Assembly: GCA_034422655.1 (NCBI GenBank)
Contig: DAOUJN010000039.1
Span: forward strand, 80,937 to 144,936
Reading direction: 5' to 3'
DNA length: 64,000 nt
DNA from: Dehalococcoidia bacterium
GTDB taxonomy: Bacteria > Chloroflexota > Dehalococcoidia > Lucifugimonadales > UBA3495
Positions 26,608 through 34,068 of the stretch are shown here, piece after piece (the stretch's first letter is position 1; each line of letters starts with the position of its first letter). A program made the translations under genes and the position numbers. The notes under the pieces were generated by a model that made no database searches, was not told where the DNA came from, and saw nothing but the letters and a program-made list of their open reading frames with translations.

Positions 26608-27882
26608 TTAGGCGGGCAATTCATCCCAGCTTTCCGCCGCCATGAGTTCGGCCCAGCGGCGGTAAAACTGGCGGTGGTTGCTTTCGCTGAGCCGATAGTC
26701 GCTGGCCCAGCCGCCCAGGTCGGGGCGGTACTGCTCGTGGCCCAGGCCCATCTGCATGTTCAGGTCGAAGCGGCGGGAGACCACGCCCCGGGAGGTGTGG
26801 GTGCATTCCTGCCAGTTGTCCATGTCGTCCTGCTCGAAGGTGCCGGAAGGGCCGAAACCACGCAACCCGTTGACCCGCAGGGCGTCTTTAACCTGGGGCG
26901 GGGCCGCCTTGTCCACGAAAATCCAGGCCCAGATTTCGATTTCGCCGGGGCCCTTGGGGTGCCAGACGCGGAAGGAATGGGACGTGGAGCGAATTATGGA
27001 AAGGTTGGGGAAGACGGTGGCGACAATGGGGCTGACCTGCTCGGCCCGGGGGCCCAGGCGGTTGACGGTTTCAGGGCGGGTTTCCTGCTCGTAGGCGATG
27101 AGTTCCGGTTCCGGGGCTTCGGCAATGTCGCCGCCGCCCAGGGTAATGACGCAGTGGCCACCGCCCGGCGAAACAAGGGTACCTCCCGTGCTGGAACGGA
27201 GGCGGAAGTCGCCCGCGAAGCCGGCGCGGATGGCGGACAGGTGGCTCCAGGAGACGTGGTAGGCATCGCCGCCGAAATTTTCGGCTGGCAGCTTCCAGTT
27301 GCAGGGCACCACCCACTTGTGGACGCCGCCTACTACCTCTACGCCGCCCTCTCGCCGGTCGAAGAAGCTGTCCAGGTACCAGGCCATCTCGCCCAAGTAC
27401 TCCCGCAGGGCCGGCGCGTCGGGGTCGAAGGTGGCGAAAATCATGCCCCGGTAGCTGTCCAACTGGGCTACGGGGATCAGGTTCCACTGGTCCAGGTCCA
27501 GTTCGCCGAAGTAGGCATCCTGCAGGTTGGGGACGGCCACCAGCTTGCCGTTGTTTGCGAAGGTCCAGCCGTGGTAGGCGCAGGTGATGGTGGCGGCGTT
27601 GCCGAAGTCGGCGCGGCACAGGCGGTTGCCCCGGTGGCGGCAGACGTTCAGGAAGGCGTTGACGGCCCCGCCGCTGTCCCGCATGACCAGCACCGGGTCT
27701 TCGCCCATGTAGGTGGTGAAGTAGTCGCCGGGGTTGGGAATCTGGCTGTCGTGGCACAGGAACAGCCAGCAGCGGGCGAAGATGCGTTCCAGTTCCTGCT
27801 GGTAGATGTCGGGCTCGATGAAAATGCGGCGGCTTACCAGGCCGCGCTCCGAATCAACCAGGCCCTGCGTTTCGGCAACCAT
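26608..27882 (-). CDS. Rieske-type aromatic ring-hydroxylating dioxygenase alpha subunit
   Basis: Rieske motif CRHRGNRLC...CAYHGW, with a catalytic domain carrying His/Asp ligand regions. Confidence 0.88.
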   Translation of the reverse strand: MVAETQGLVDSERGLVSRRIFIEPDIYQQELERIFARCWLFLCHDSQIPNPGDYFTTYMGEDPVLVMRDSGGAVNAFLNVCRHRGNRLCRADFGNAATITCAYHGWTFANNGKLVAVPNLQDAYFGELDLDQWNLIPVAQLDSYRGMIFATFDPDAPALREYLGEMAWYLDSFFDRREGGVEVVGGVHKWVVPCNWKLPAENFGGDAYHVSWSHLSAIRAGFAGDFRLRSSTGGTLVSPGGGHCVITLGGGDIAEAPEPELIAYEQETRPETVNRLGPRAEQVSPIVATVFPNLSIIRSTSHSFRVWHPKGPGEIEIWAWIFVDKAAPPQVKDALRVNGLRGFGPSGTFEQDDMDNWQECTHTSRGVVSRRFDLNMQMGLGHEQYRPDLGGWASDYRLSESNHRQFYRRWAELMAAESWDELPA

Positions 27883-27897
27883 TTTCTACCTCTTTTT

Positions 27898-27989
27898 TCC
27901 ACGAATCCGCCGCGGCGGACGAATGGGCACGAATGAATGGCTGGCTTTAAGCCAAGCATAATTAGTGACTATTCGTGGGTATTCGTGGA
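27898..27989. repeat. CACGAAT-iteron element, copy 2 (in the leader of the oxygenase alpha gene)
   Basis: Contains the identical 27-mer. Direct copies are CACGAAT at 27900 and 27928 and GACGAAT at 27918. Inverted copies ATTCGTG lie at 27971 and 27981. Within each pair the spacing is 10 bp. Confidence 0.7.
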
Positions 27990-28002
27990 TAGAATCACTG
28001 CG

Positions 28003-28755
28003 CTACGTGGCGGTGTAGCCGCCGTCTATGACCAGTTCGCTGCCGGTGACGAAGGATGACTCGTCGGAGGCCAGGTACAGGACGCCGTAGGCGATGTCTT
28101 CGGACTGGCCCACCCGGCCCAGGGGGATGCGGGCCTCGCTCTGGCGCAGGACTTCCGGGTCGGACTGGCGTTCGGCGGTCATGGGTGTGGCGACTGAGCC
28201 GGGATGGACGGAGTTGGCGCGAATGCCGTCGGCGGCATACTGGATGGCGGTGGTCTTGGTCAGCAGCCGCACGGCGCCCTTGGAGGCGTTGTAGGCCGCC
28301 GTCACGGTGTCCTGGCCCACCAGGCCGGAAATGGACGAAATGTTGATAATGGAGCCGCCGCCGGCCCGCTTCATCTCCGGTATGGCGGCCAGGGTGCCCA
28401 GGAAAACGCCCTTGCCGTTGACGTCCATAATCCGGTCCCACTCCTCGCCGCTGGAGTCTTCCAGCTTGCCCCAGTTGCAGATGCCGGCGTTGTTGACCAG
28501 GATGTCCAGCTTGCCGTAGCGGTCCACTGCCGTCTGCACTGCCGCTTCCCACTCCGCCTCGCTGGTAACGTCCAGGTGCACGTAGGTGGCCTCGCAGCCC
28601 AGTTCGCGGATTTCCGCTTCCACCTGCTGGCCCAGGTCGTCGAGAATGTCGCCGAAGACTACGCTGGCGCCCTCGGCGGCGAACATGCGGGCCTCGCAGG
28701 CGCCCTGGCCCCGGGCGCCGCCGCTGATTAGAGCTACTTTACCTTCCAGTCGCAT
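28003..28755 (-). CDS. SDR-family dehydrogenase (dihydrodiol/hydroxysteroid dehydrogenase-like)
   Basis: GGARGQG, NNAG, and YxxxK (YNASK). Confidence 0.85.
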   Translation of the reverse strand: MRLEGKVALISGGARGQGACEARMFAAEGASVVFGDILDDLGQQVEAEIRELGCEATYVHLDVTSEAEWEAAVQTAVDRYGKLDILVNNAGICNWGKLEDSSGEEWDRIMDVNGKGVFLGTLAAIPEMKRAGGGSIINISSISGLVGQDTVTAAYNASKGAVRLLTKTTAIQYAADGIRANSVHPGSVATPMTAERQSDPEVLRQSEARIPLGRVGQSEDIAYGVLYLASDESSFVTGSELVIDGGYTAT

Positions 28756-28790
28756 GGTTTTCCTCCAGAAGGGGGGTTGATGATGGGGCC

Positions 28791-28877
28791 TTCACCCCCA
28801 TCCTAACCTTCCCCCGTCAAGGGGGAAGGGACTAAGTCACCGTCTTCTAACCTTCCCCCGTCAAGGGGAAAGGGATT
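28791..28877. repeat. REP-like hairpin elements (2 units)
   Basis: TTCACCCCCATCCTAACCTTCCCCC-gtcaa-GGGGGAAGG, followed by a second unit. Confidence 0.75.
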
Positions 28878-28890
28878 ATTTGTTCAATGG

Positions 28891-29442
28891 CTAAACAGGC
28901 AATACCGGTTCCGTAGTCCCCTCCGGCAGTTCCACCTCGAAGGCGTTGAGGACGAAGGCGGTCTGGGCGTATCCGCCCATTAGCGTTGTCAACTCCACCA
29001 GGTGCTGGGGGCCGAACTGGTCCAGCGCCGCCTGGAAGGTGTCCGGGCTGACGCGGTGATTGGCGTAGAACTCGTTGACGTAGTTGATGACGGCCTGCTC
29101 GTCGGCGCCGATGTCGGGCAGCGGTTGCTTCTCCCGCAGCGCGTCGATCAGGGCGTCGCTGACCCCCTCGCGCCGAGCGGCCGGGGCGTGGGCGTTCCAA
29201 ACGTAGGGGCAGTCCATGGCCCGGGCGGTGGCGATGATAGCCAGTTCCAGGATGCGGCGAGGGAAGGTGGTCTCGTAGCGCAGGTAGGCCGTCAATCCGG
29301 CGCGGCGGCGGGCCATTTCGGGGCTGTTGATAGTAATGGAGCCGGGGCCGCCGGTGATGACGTTTCCGCCGGTTACTTCGTCGTAGGCTTCGCGAAATTC
29401 TTCAGGAACCATGTCGCGGGTTACGTTGGGCAGTCGGGCCAT
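28891..29442 (-). CDS. Carboxymuconolactone decarboxylase (CMD/AhpD-like) family protein, paralog 1
   Basis: 183 aa with an AhpD-like helical pattern. About 85% identical by eye to the adjacent paralog (28 differences in 183). Confidence 0.65.
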   Translation of the reverse strand: MARLPNVTRDMVPEEFREAYDEVTGGNVITGGPGSITINSPEMARRRAGLTAYLRYETTFPRRILELAIIATARAMDCPYVWNAHAPAARREGVSDALIDALREKQPLPDIGADEQAVINYVNEFYANHRVSPDTFQAALDQFGPQHLVELTTLMGGYAQTAFVLNAFEVELPEGTTEPVLPV

Positions 29443-29525
29443 GCTGAACCTCCTTTTGGGTGAGGGTTGGGGGAGCAGTTATTCATTCGTCATACGTTCC
29501 AACCCTTCGGCAAGCTCAGGGCAGG

Positions 29526-29554
29526 CTCTTCCCCCGTCAAGGGGGAAGGGGCTA
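29526..29554. repeat. REP-like hairpin element (core only)
   Basis: CTCTTCCCCC-gtcaa-GGGGGAAGGGG. Confidence 0.7.
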
Positions 29555-29566
29555 TATGACCATGTT

Positions 29567-30118
29567 CTAAACGGGCAATACCGTCTCGTCAATCCCTTCC
29601 CGCAGTTCCACTTCAAAGGCGTTGAGCACAAAGGCAGTCTGGGCATAGCTGCCCATGAGTGCCGTCAACTCCACCAGGTGCTGGGGGCCGAACTGGTCCA
29701 GTGCCGCCTGGAAGGTTTCCGGGCTGACCCGGTGGCTGGTGTAGAACTCGTTGATGTAGTTGATTACGGCCCGTTCGTCGTCGCTAATGTCGGGCAGAGG
29801 CTGCTTATCCCGCAGGGCGTTAATCAGGGCATCGCTGACCCCTTCGTTTCGGGCCGCCGTAACATGGTCGTTCCAGATGAAGGGGCAGTCCATGGCCCTG
29901 GCGGTGGCGATGATGGTGAGTTCCAGAATGCGGCGGGGGAAGGTGGTCTCGTAGCGCAGGTATGCTGTCAATCCGGCGCGGCGGCGGGCCATTTCGGGGC
30001 TGTAGATGGTCATGGAGCCGGGGCCAACGGTGATGACTTCGCCGCCGGTTACTTCGTCGTAGGCTTCCTGGAATTCCTCGGGAACCATGTCACGGGTTAC
30101 GTAGGGCAGTCGGGCCAT
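29567..30118 (-). CDS. CMD/AhpD-like family protein, paralog 2
   Basis: Tandem duplicate of 28891..29442, with a 676-bp register. Confidence 0.65.
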   Translation of the reverse strand: MARLPYVTRDMVPEEFQEAYDEVTGGEVITVGPGSMTIYSPEMARRRAGLTAYLRYETTFPRRILELTIIATARAMDCPFIWNDHVTAARNEGVSDALINALRDKQPLPDISDDERAVINYINEFYTSHRVSPETFQAALDQFGPQHLVELTALMGSYAQTAFVLNAFEVELREGIDETVLPV

Positions 30119-30119
30119 G

Positions 30120-30458
30120 TTAATCCTCCTTGTGGTTGGGGGAGCAGTTATTCATTATGAAGCCGGATTCATCGTCCCGCGGACTTTCCGGTTCCAATAT
30201 GGTTACCCCGTTTTCGGACAAATAATCGCAAATGCTGGTCAGACTCTCTATGCCATTCAACCGGAGCAAAATGAGGTCTTTAAGTATCTCTTTGGTTTCA
30301 TCCAGTGAAGCCGCATTGGCGGCGATTCCCAGTTGATTGCAGACTCCTACCCATTCGTCTTCCTCAGTACCGTAGTCCAGCAACAACTCAATGGTGAAGT
30401 CGTGCTTATTGCCGGTCCGGTGGGTAAGTATTACTCGTTCACTGGCAGTAGCGGTCAT
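30120..30458 (-). CDS. HicB/UPF0150-like small protein
   Basis: ATG at 30458 follows GGGAGGAA. EDEWVGVCNQLGIAANAASLDETKEILKDLI resembles the HicB N-domain. Lies in an AT-richer segment with no HicA partner visible. Confidence 0.35.
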   Translation of the reverse strand: MTATASERVILTHRTGNKHDFTIELLLDYGTEEDEWVGVCNQLGIAANAASLDETKEILKDLILLRLNGIESLTSICDYLSENGVTILEPESPRDDESGFIMNNCSPNHKED

Positions 30459-30595
30459 CTCATATTCCTCCCGGCTTTGGTGGGAACACACCGGGGACTG
30501 CCTTCGCAGCCTTTGTGAAGCGCCTGTTCAGCGTAGTGTCGGCGCTTGCGGTTGTCAACAATCCCCCATTCAAGCGCTTGCTGAGGGTGGGCCGG

Positions 30596-31825
30596 TCACG
30601 CCCGCCTTAGCTGGGGGGTGAACACGGCCAGGCCCAGGGTCAGGGCCGCGCCGGTCATGCCGATGATCATGGCGGCGGCGGGGGCGCCCCAGACGCCGGC
30701 CAGGAAACCGGCGCCGGCCCCGCCGAAGGCATAGGCGTAGATGGCCAGCACCCGCAGGCCCAGGACGCGGCCCCGGTAGTCGGCCTGGGTCGTGCGCAGC
30801 ATGGCGGTGAGCATCATTACCTGGGTGGACGAGAAGGCCGCGCCCGTGACCAGCAGGATGGACAGGGAGAGGTACAGATTGGTGGACAGGGCAAATACCA
30901 GCATGCTGCCGTGCCAGATTACGACGGACAATATCATGAGCTTGCCGATGTGGCGCAGGTTGCGGAAGGAGGCCCAGGCGATGGAACCGCACAGCGCGCC
31001 AATGCCGAAGGAAGCGGTCAGCAAGCCCAGGCCGTCGGGACCGGTCCCGAGGACATTGCCGGCGAAGATGGCCAGCAATGCGGTATGGAAGGGCCAGCCG
31101 GTCAGATTGATGACCACGGCGATAGCCAGCGTTGCCCAGAGGACCTGCTGACTCTTCACGTACCGCAGGCCCTCCGCGACGGAGCGCAGGACGGAGCCAC
31201 GCTGGGGTGTTTCGGATACCCGTATCGGCCTGACGAAGGATGCGCAAATGGCGCTGATGAAGTAGAGGAGCGCCACGGCGGTATAACCGCCCTCCGGCCC
31301 CCAGGTCTTGTAGAGCAGGCCGCCGACGAAGGGGCCCAGGATGGTGGACAGGTTCTGGGCCATGCTGCTGAGGGCTGCCCCGTTGCTGATCTTGTCCGGG
31401 GGGAGGGTGTCGCCAATCAATGCCTGGGCCGTGGGCATCTGGAATATGCGGACCAACCCGGCGCTCAGGGTAATGGCAAACAGGTGCCAAACCTCCAGGA
31501 ACCCGGTGAGCATCAGGGCCAGAATCGACAGGCCCAGGCAGGTCATTACCAGTTCTATTACGGTCAGCAACCGGTGGCGGGGAAGCCGGTCGGCTATGGC
31601 TCCGGAGAAGAGGGCCAGGAAGTTCAGGCCCATCCGGGCAGAGGCGATCAGCCCGACCAGGAAGGGACTGCCCGTAACCTCCAGCACATACCACGCCAGG
31701 ATGAGGGCTTCCATCTGGTTGCCGGTCTGGACTGTCCATACAGAGGACCAGACCAGGGCAAAATTGCGTTGACCCAGAATGGCTACGGGATAGGTGGCCT
31801 GGCGAATGGAGTGGTTTAGTCTCAT
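30596..31825 (-). CDS. MFS transporter (MFS_3/EntS-like)
   Basis: ATG at 31825 gives MRLNHSIRQ...RNFALVW. About 12 TM with the ADRLPRHRLL loop motif. Confidence 0.7.
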   Translation of the reverse strand: MRLNHSIRQATYPVAILGQRNFALVWSSVWTVQTGNQMEALILAWYVLEVTGSPFLVGLIASARMGLNFLALFSGAIADRLPRHRLLTVIELVMTCLGLSILALMLTGFLEVWHLFAITLSAGLVRIFQMPTAQALIGDTLPPDKISNGAALSSMAQNLSTILGPFVGGLLYKTWGPEGGYTAVALLYFISAICASFVRPIRVSETPQRGSVLRSVAEGLRYVKSQQVLWATLAIAVVINLTGWPFHTALLAIFAGNVLGTGPDGLGLLTASFGIGALCGSIAWASFRNLRHIGKLMILSVVIWHGSMLVFALSTNLYLSLSILLVTGAAFSSTQVMMLTAMLRTTQADYRGRVLGLRVLAIYAYAFGGAGAGFLAGVWGAPAAAMIIGMTGAALTLGLAVFTPQLRRA

Positions 31826-31973
31826 TGAGTCCGGGTTTGGTAAAGGTCTGGATTGGCGCCCGCGCCATGTGCGTTGGGAACGGCCTCTGCCGACTTCGGG
31901 CGCGCTAAATTGTCGGGATGCCCCCGGAGCCCGGGAAGCCCCGCCCGGATGGGCAGTGGCAAGCAAGAAGAAA

Positions 31974-32016
31974 GGGAAGGCCGGAGCGAGTGGGATAACC
32001 CTCGTCCGGCCTTCCC
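31974..32016 (-). terminator. 12-bp perfect hairpin terminator after the ABC permease genes
   Basis: GGGAAGGCCGGA-N19-TCCGGCCTTCCC. On the minus strand it is followed by TTTCTTCTTGC. Confidence 0.55.
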
Positions 32017-32065
32017 TCTTTTGCCCGGGTCAGCGTTGAGCGAAATCTGTTTCGGCGCTTCCAGC

Positions 32066-32968
32066 CTAGACGTTGCGCAGCTTGGGGTCAAGTCTGTCCC
32101 TGAGCCAGTCACCCAGGAGGTTCATGGAGAGCACCGTCAGCAGAATGGCAACCCCCGGGAAGAAGGACACCCACCAGGCGTTGATCACCAGGGCCCGACC
32201 ATCGGACACCATGAGGCCCCAGGCCGGGTTCGGCGGGGGAATGCCGGCGCCCAGGAAGCTGAGCGAGGCTTCCAGGATGATTACCACGCCAACTTCCAAA
32301 GTAGCCAGCACGATTATGGTGTTGACCACGTTGGGTAATAGATGACGAGTTATGATTCGGCTGGTAGATGCCCCGGATACCTTGGCCCGGGAAATAAAGT
32401 CCTGGCTGCGCAGGCTGAGAACCTGGCCCCGGACCAGGCGGGCGTACTGGGTCCACAGTGTCAGGGCCACCACTATGATTACGGTCAAATAACTGGGGCC
32501 CAGCGCCGCCGCTAAAATCAGCGCCAATAATATGGATGGTATAGAAATCTTGATGTCCACCAGGCGCATGATGACGTGGTCCCACAAGCCGCCCCAATAG
32601 CCTGCGATCAGTCCCAGAGTGGTTCCGACGATTCCTCCGCAGACGATAGCTATAGCGGCGATGGTGAGGGAAATTCGCGCGCCAAATATTATACGGCTAA
32701 GCATGTCGCGCCCCAGCTTGTCAGTACCCAGGGGGTGTTCCCAGGAGCCTCCCTCCAACCAGGCCGGGGGCTGAAGCCGGTTGAGGATGTCGCCCTTGGT
32801 GGGTTCGTGGGGGGCCACCTGGTCGGCGAAAAAGGCCGGGATAATGAGCACGAAGCAGAGGACAACCATGGTAATCAATGGGAATTGGCGCGCCCATTTA
32901 ATGCCCCGTTGCACCCGGTCGGCGGTACTGCTAATTGGCCCCGGCAATGCCTCAGCTAGGTTTGCCAT
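32066..32968 (-). CDS. ABC transporter permease (DppC/OppC-like)
   Basis: ATG at 32968. N-terminal FADQVAPHEP...LGTDKLGRD motif and a BPD_transp_1 core. Confidence 0.85.
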   Translation of the reverse strand: MANLAEALPGPISSTADRVQRGIKWARQFPLITMVVLCFVLIIPAFFADQVAPHEPTKGDILNRLQPPAWLEGGSWEHPLGTDKLGRDMLSRIIFGARISLTIAAIAIVCGGIVGTTLGLIAGYWGGLWDHVIMRLVDIKISIPSILLALILAAALGPSYLTVIIVVALTLWTQYARLVRGQVLSLRSQDFISRAKVSGASTSRIITRHLLPNVVNTIIVLATLEVGVVIILEASLSFLGAGIPPPNPAWGLMVSDGRALVINAWWVSFFPGVAILLTVLSMNLLGDWLRDRLDPKLRNV

Positions 32969-33002
32969 GTTGTTGCCTCTGCCATACGGTTGGCACGCCC
33001 CG

Positions 33003-33926
33003 TTAATCGGTGTACCTGATCCTTGGGTCCAGGTATGCGTAAAGGATATCCACCAGTAAATTGCTGGCAATGTAAATGACGCCAAAGAAGAGCACCACGC
33101 TCTGCACTACCTGGAAGTCCCGGGCGCGCAGAGCATCAATAGCGAGAAGGCCGACACCGGGCCAGGCGAAAACCGTTTCGGTGACCACCGAGCCGGTGAG
33201 GAATCCACCTATAATAAATCCGAAATAGGTCAGGGGGGCGATGGCGGCGTTGCGCAGACAGTGCTTCCAGATGACCTTCCAGTTGGGTATGCCCTTGATG
33301 CGGGCCAGCTTGACGTACTCGCTGTCCAGCACTTCCAGCATGGAGGAGCGGGTCAGGCGCATCACCGCCGCCACCTGAAACCAGCCCAGCGCGAAGGCCG
33401 GCAGGATTAAGCTGGTCAATCCGCCTCTCCCTGAGGCCGGAAGCCACTCCAGGGTAACGGCGAATATCCAGATGAGCACAATTCCCACCCAGAAAGAGGG
33501 AGCAGCCTGGCCCAACAGGGCGACAACCTTGCCCGCGTAGTCAATGCCCGTGTCTTTCTTGACAGCGACCATCACGCCCAGGGGCAGGGCAAGCATGGCG
33601 GCCACGATCAACGCCAGGAAAGACAGTTCGAGGGTGGCCGGCAACCGGGCAAATATCAGGTCGCGGGTGGAGCGGCCGGGCCATTTTATTGAGGTTCCGA
33701 AGTCGCCACTAAGGACATTGCCCACATACACCAGGTATTGCATGTGCAGGGGTTTGTCCAGGCCCCAGCGTTCGCTCATGATTTCAAAGTCCTGCACGGT
33801 GGCGTCTTCCGGCAGAAGCACGTCCATTGGATTGCCGGAAATCCGCGCCAGGGAGAAGACAATGATGCTCATGGCGAAGAGCGCCAGGAAAGCGTGGAAA
33901 AGTCGGACGATGATGTATCGCTGCAC
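33003..33926 (-). CDS. ABC transporter permease (DppB/OppB-like)
   Basis: MQRYIIVRLFHAFLALF start, EYVKLARIKG, and DPRIRY end. Confidence 0.85.
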   Translation of the reverse strand: MQRYIIVRLFHAFLALFAMSIIVFSLARISGNPMDVLLPEDATVQDFEIMSERWGLDKPLHMQYLVYVGNVLSGDFGTSIKWPGRSTRDLIFARLPATLELSFLALIVAAMLALPLGVMVAVKKDTGIDYAGKVVALLGQAAPSFWVGIVLIWIFAVTLEWLPASGRGGLTSLILPAFALGWFQVAAVMRLTRSSMLEVLDSEYVKLARIKGIPNWKVIWKHCLRNAAIAPLTYFGFIIGGFLTGSVVTETVFAWPGVGLLAIDALRARDFQVVQSVVLFFGVIYIASNLLVDILYAYLDPRIRYTD

Positions 33927-33984
33927 TTCTTAACCTCCCGGACTCACCAGGACAGATTCGACGTGAATTGCAGCCTCGTGTGGC

Positions 33985-34037
33985 CGAAAAAAGCAATGCG
34001 CCTCATACCGCCGTTTGGTTGTCGGAGTGAGGCGCAC
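33985..34037 (-). terminator. Intra-operon attenuator/terminator between the SBP and permease genes
   Basis: 10-bp stem GTGCGCCTCA/TGAGGCGCAT followed by TGCTTTTTTCGG on the minus strand. Confidence 0.5.
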
Positions 34038-34068
34038 TCAATCCTTTAAGGGTTAGCCTTGCCGATGG

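Noticed and set aside
26458-27936. A 492-aa plus-strand ORF starting MGVMHVFTPILTFPHQEGRD...PPSRGKG.
   Set aside because: Its N-terminus is simply the translation of REP hairpin units, and the rest is antisense to the Rieske oxygenase alpha subunit.
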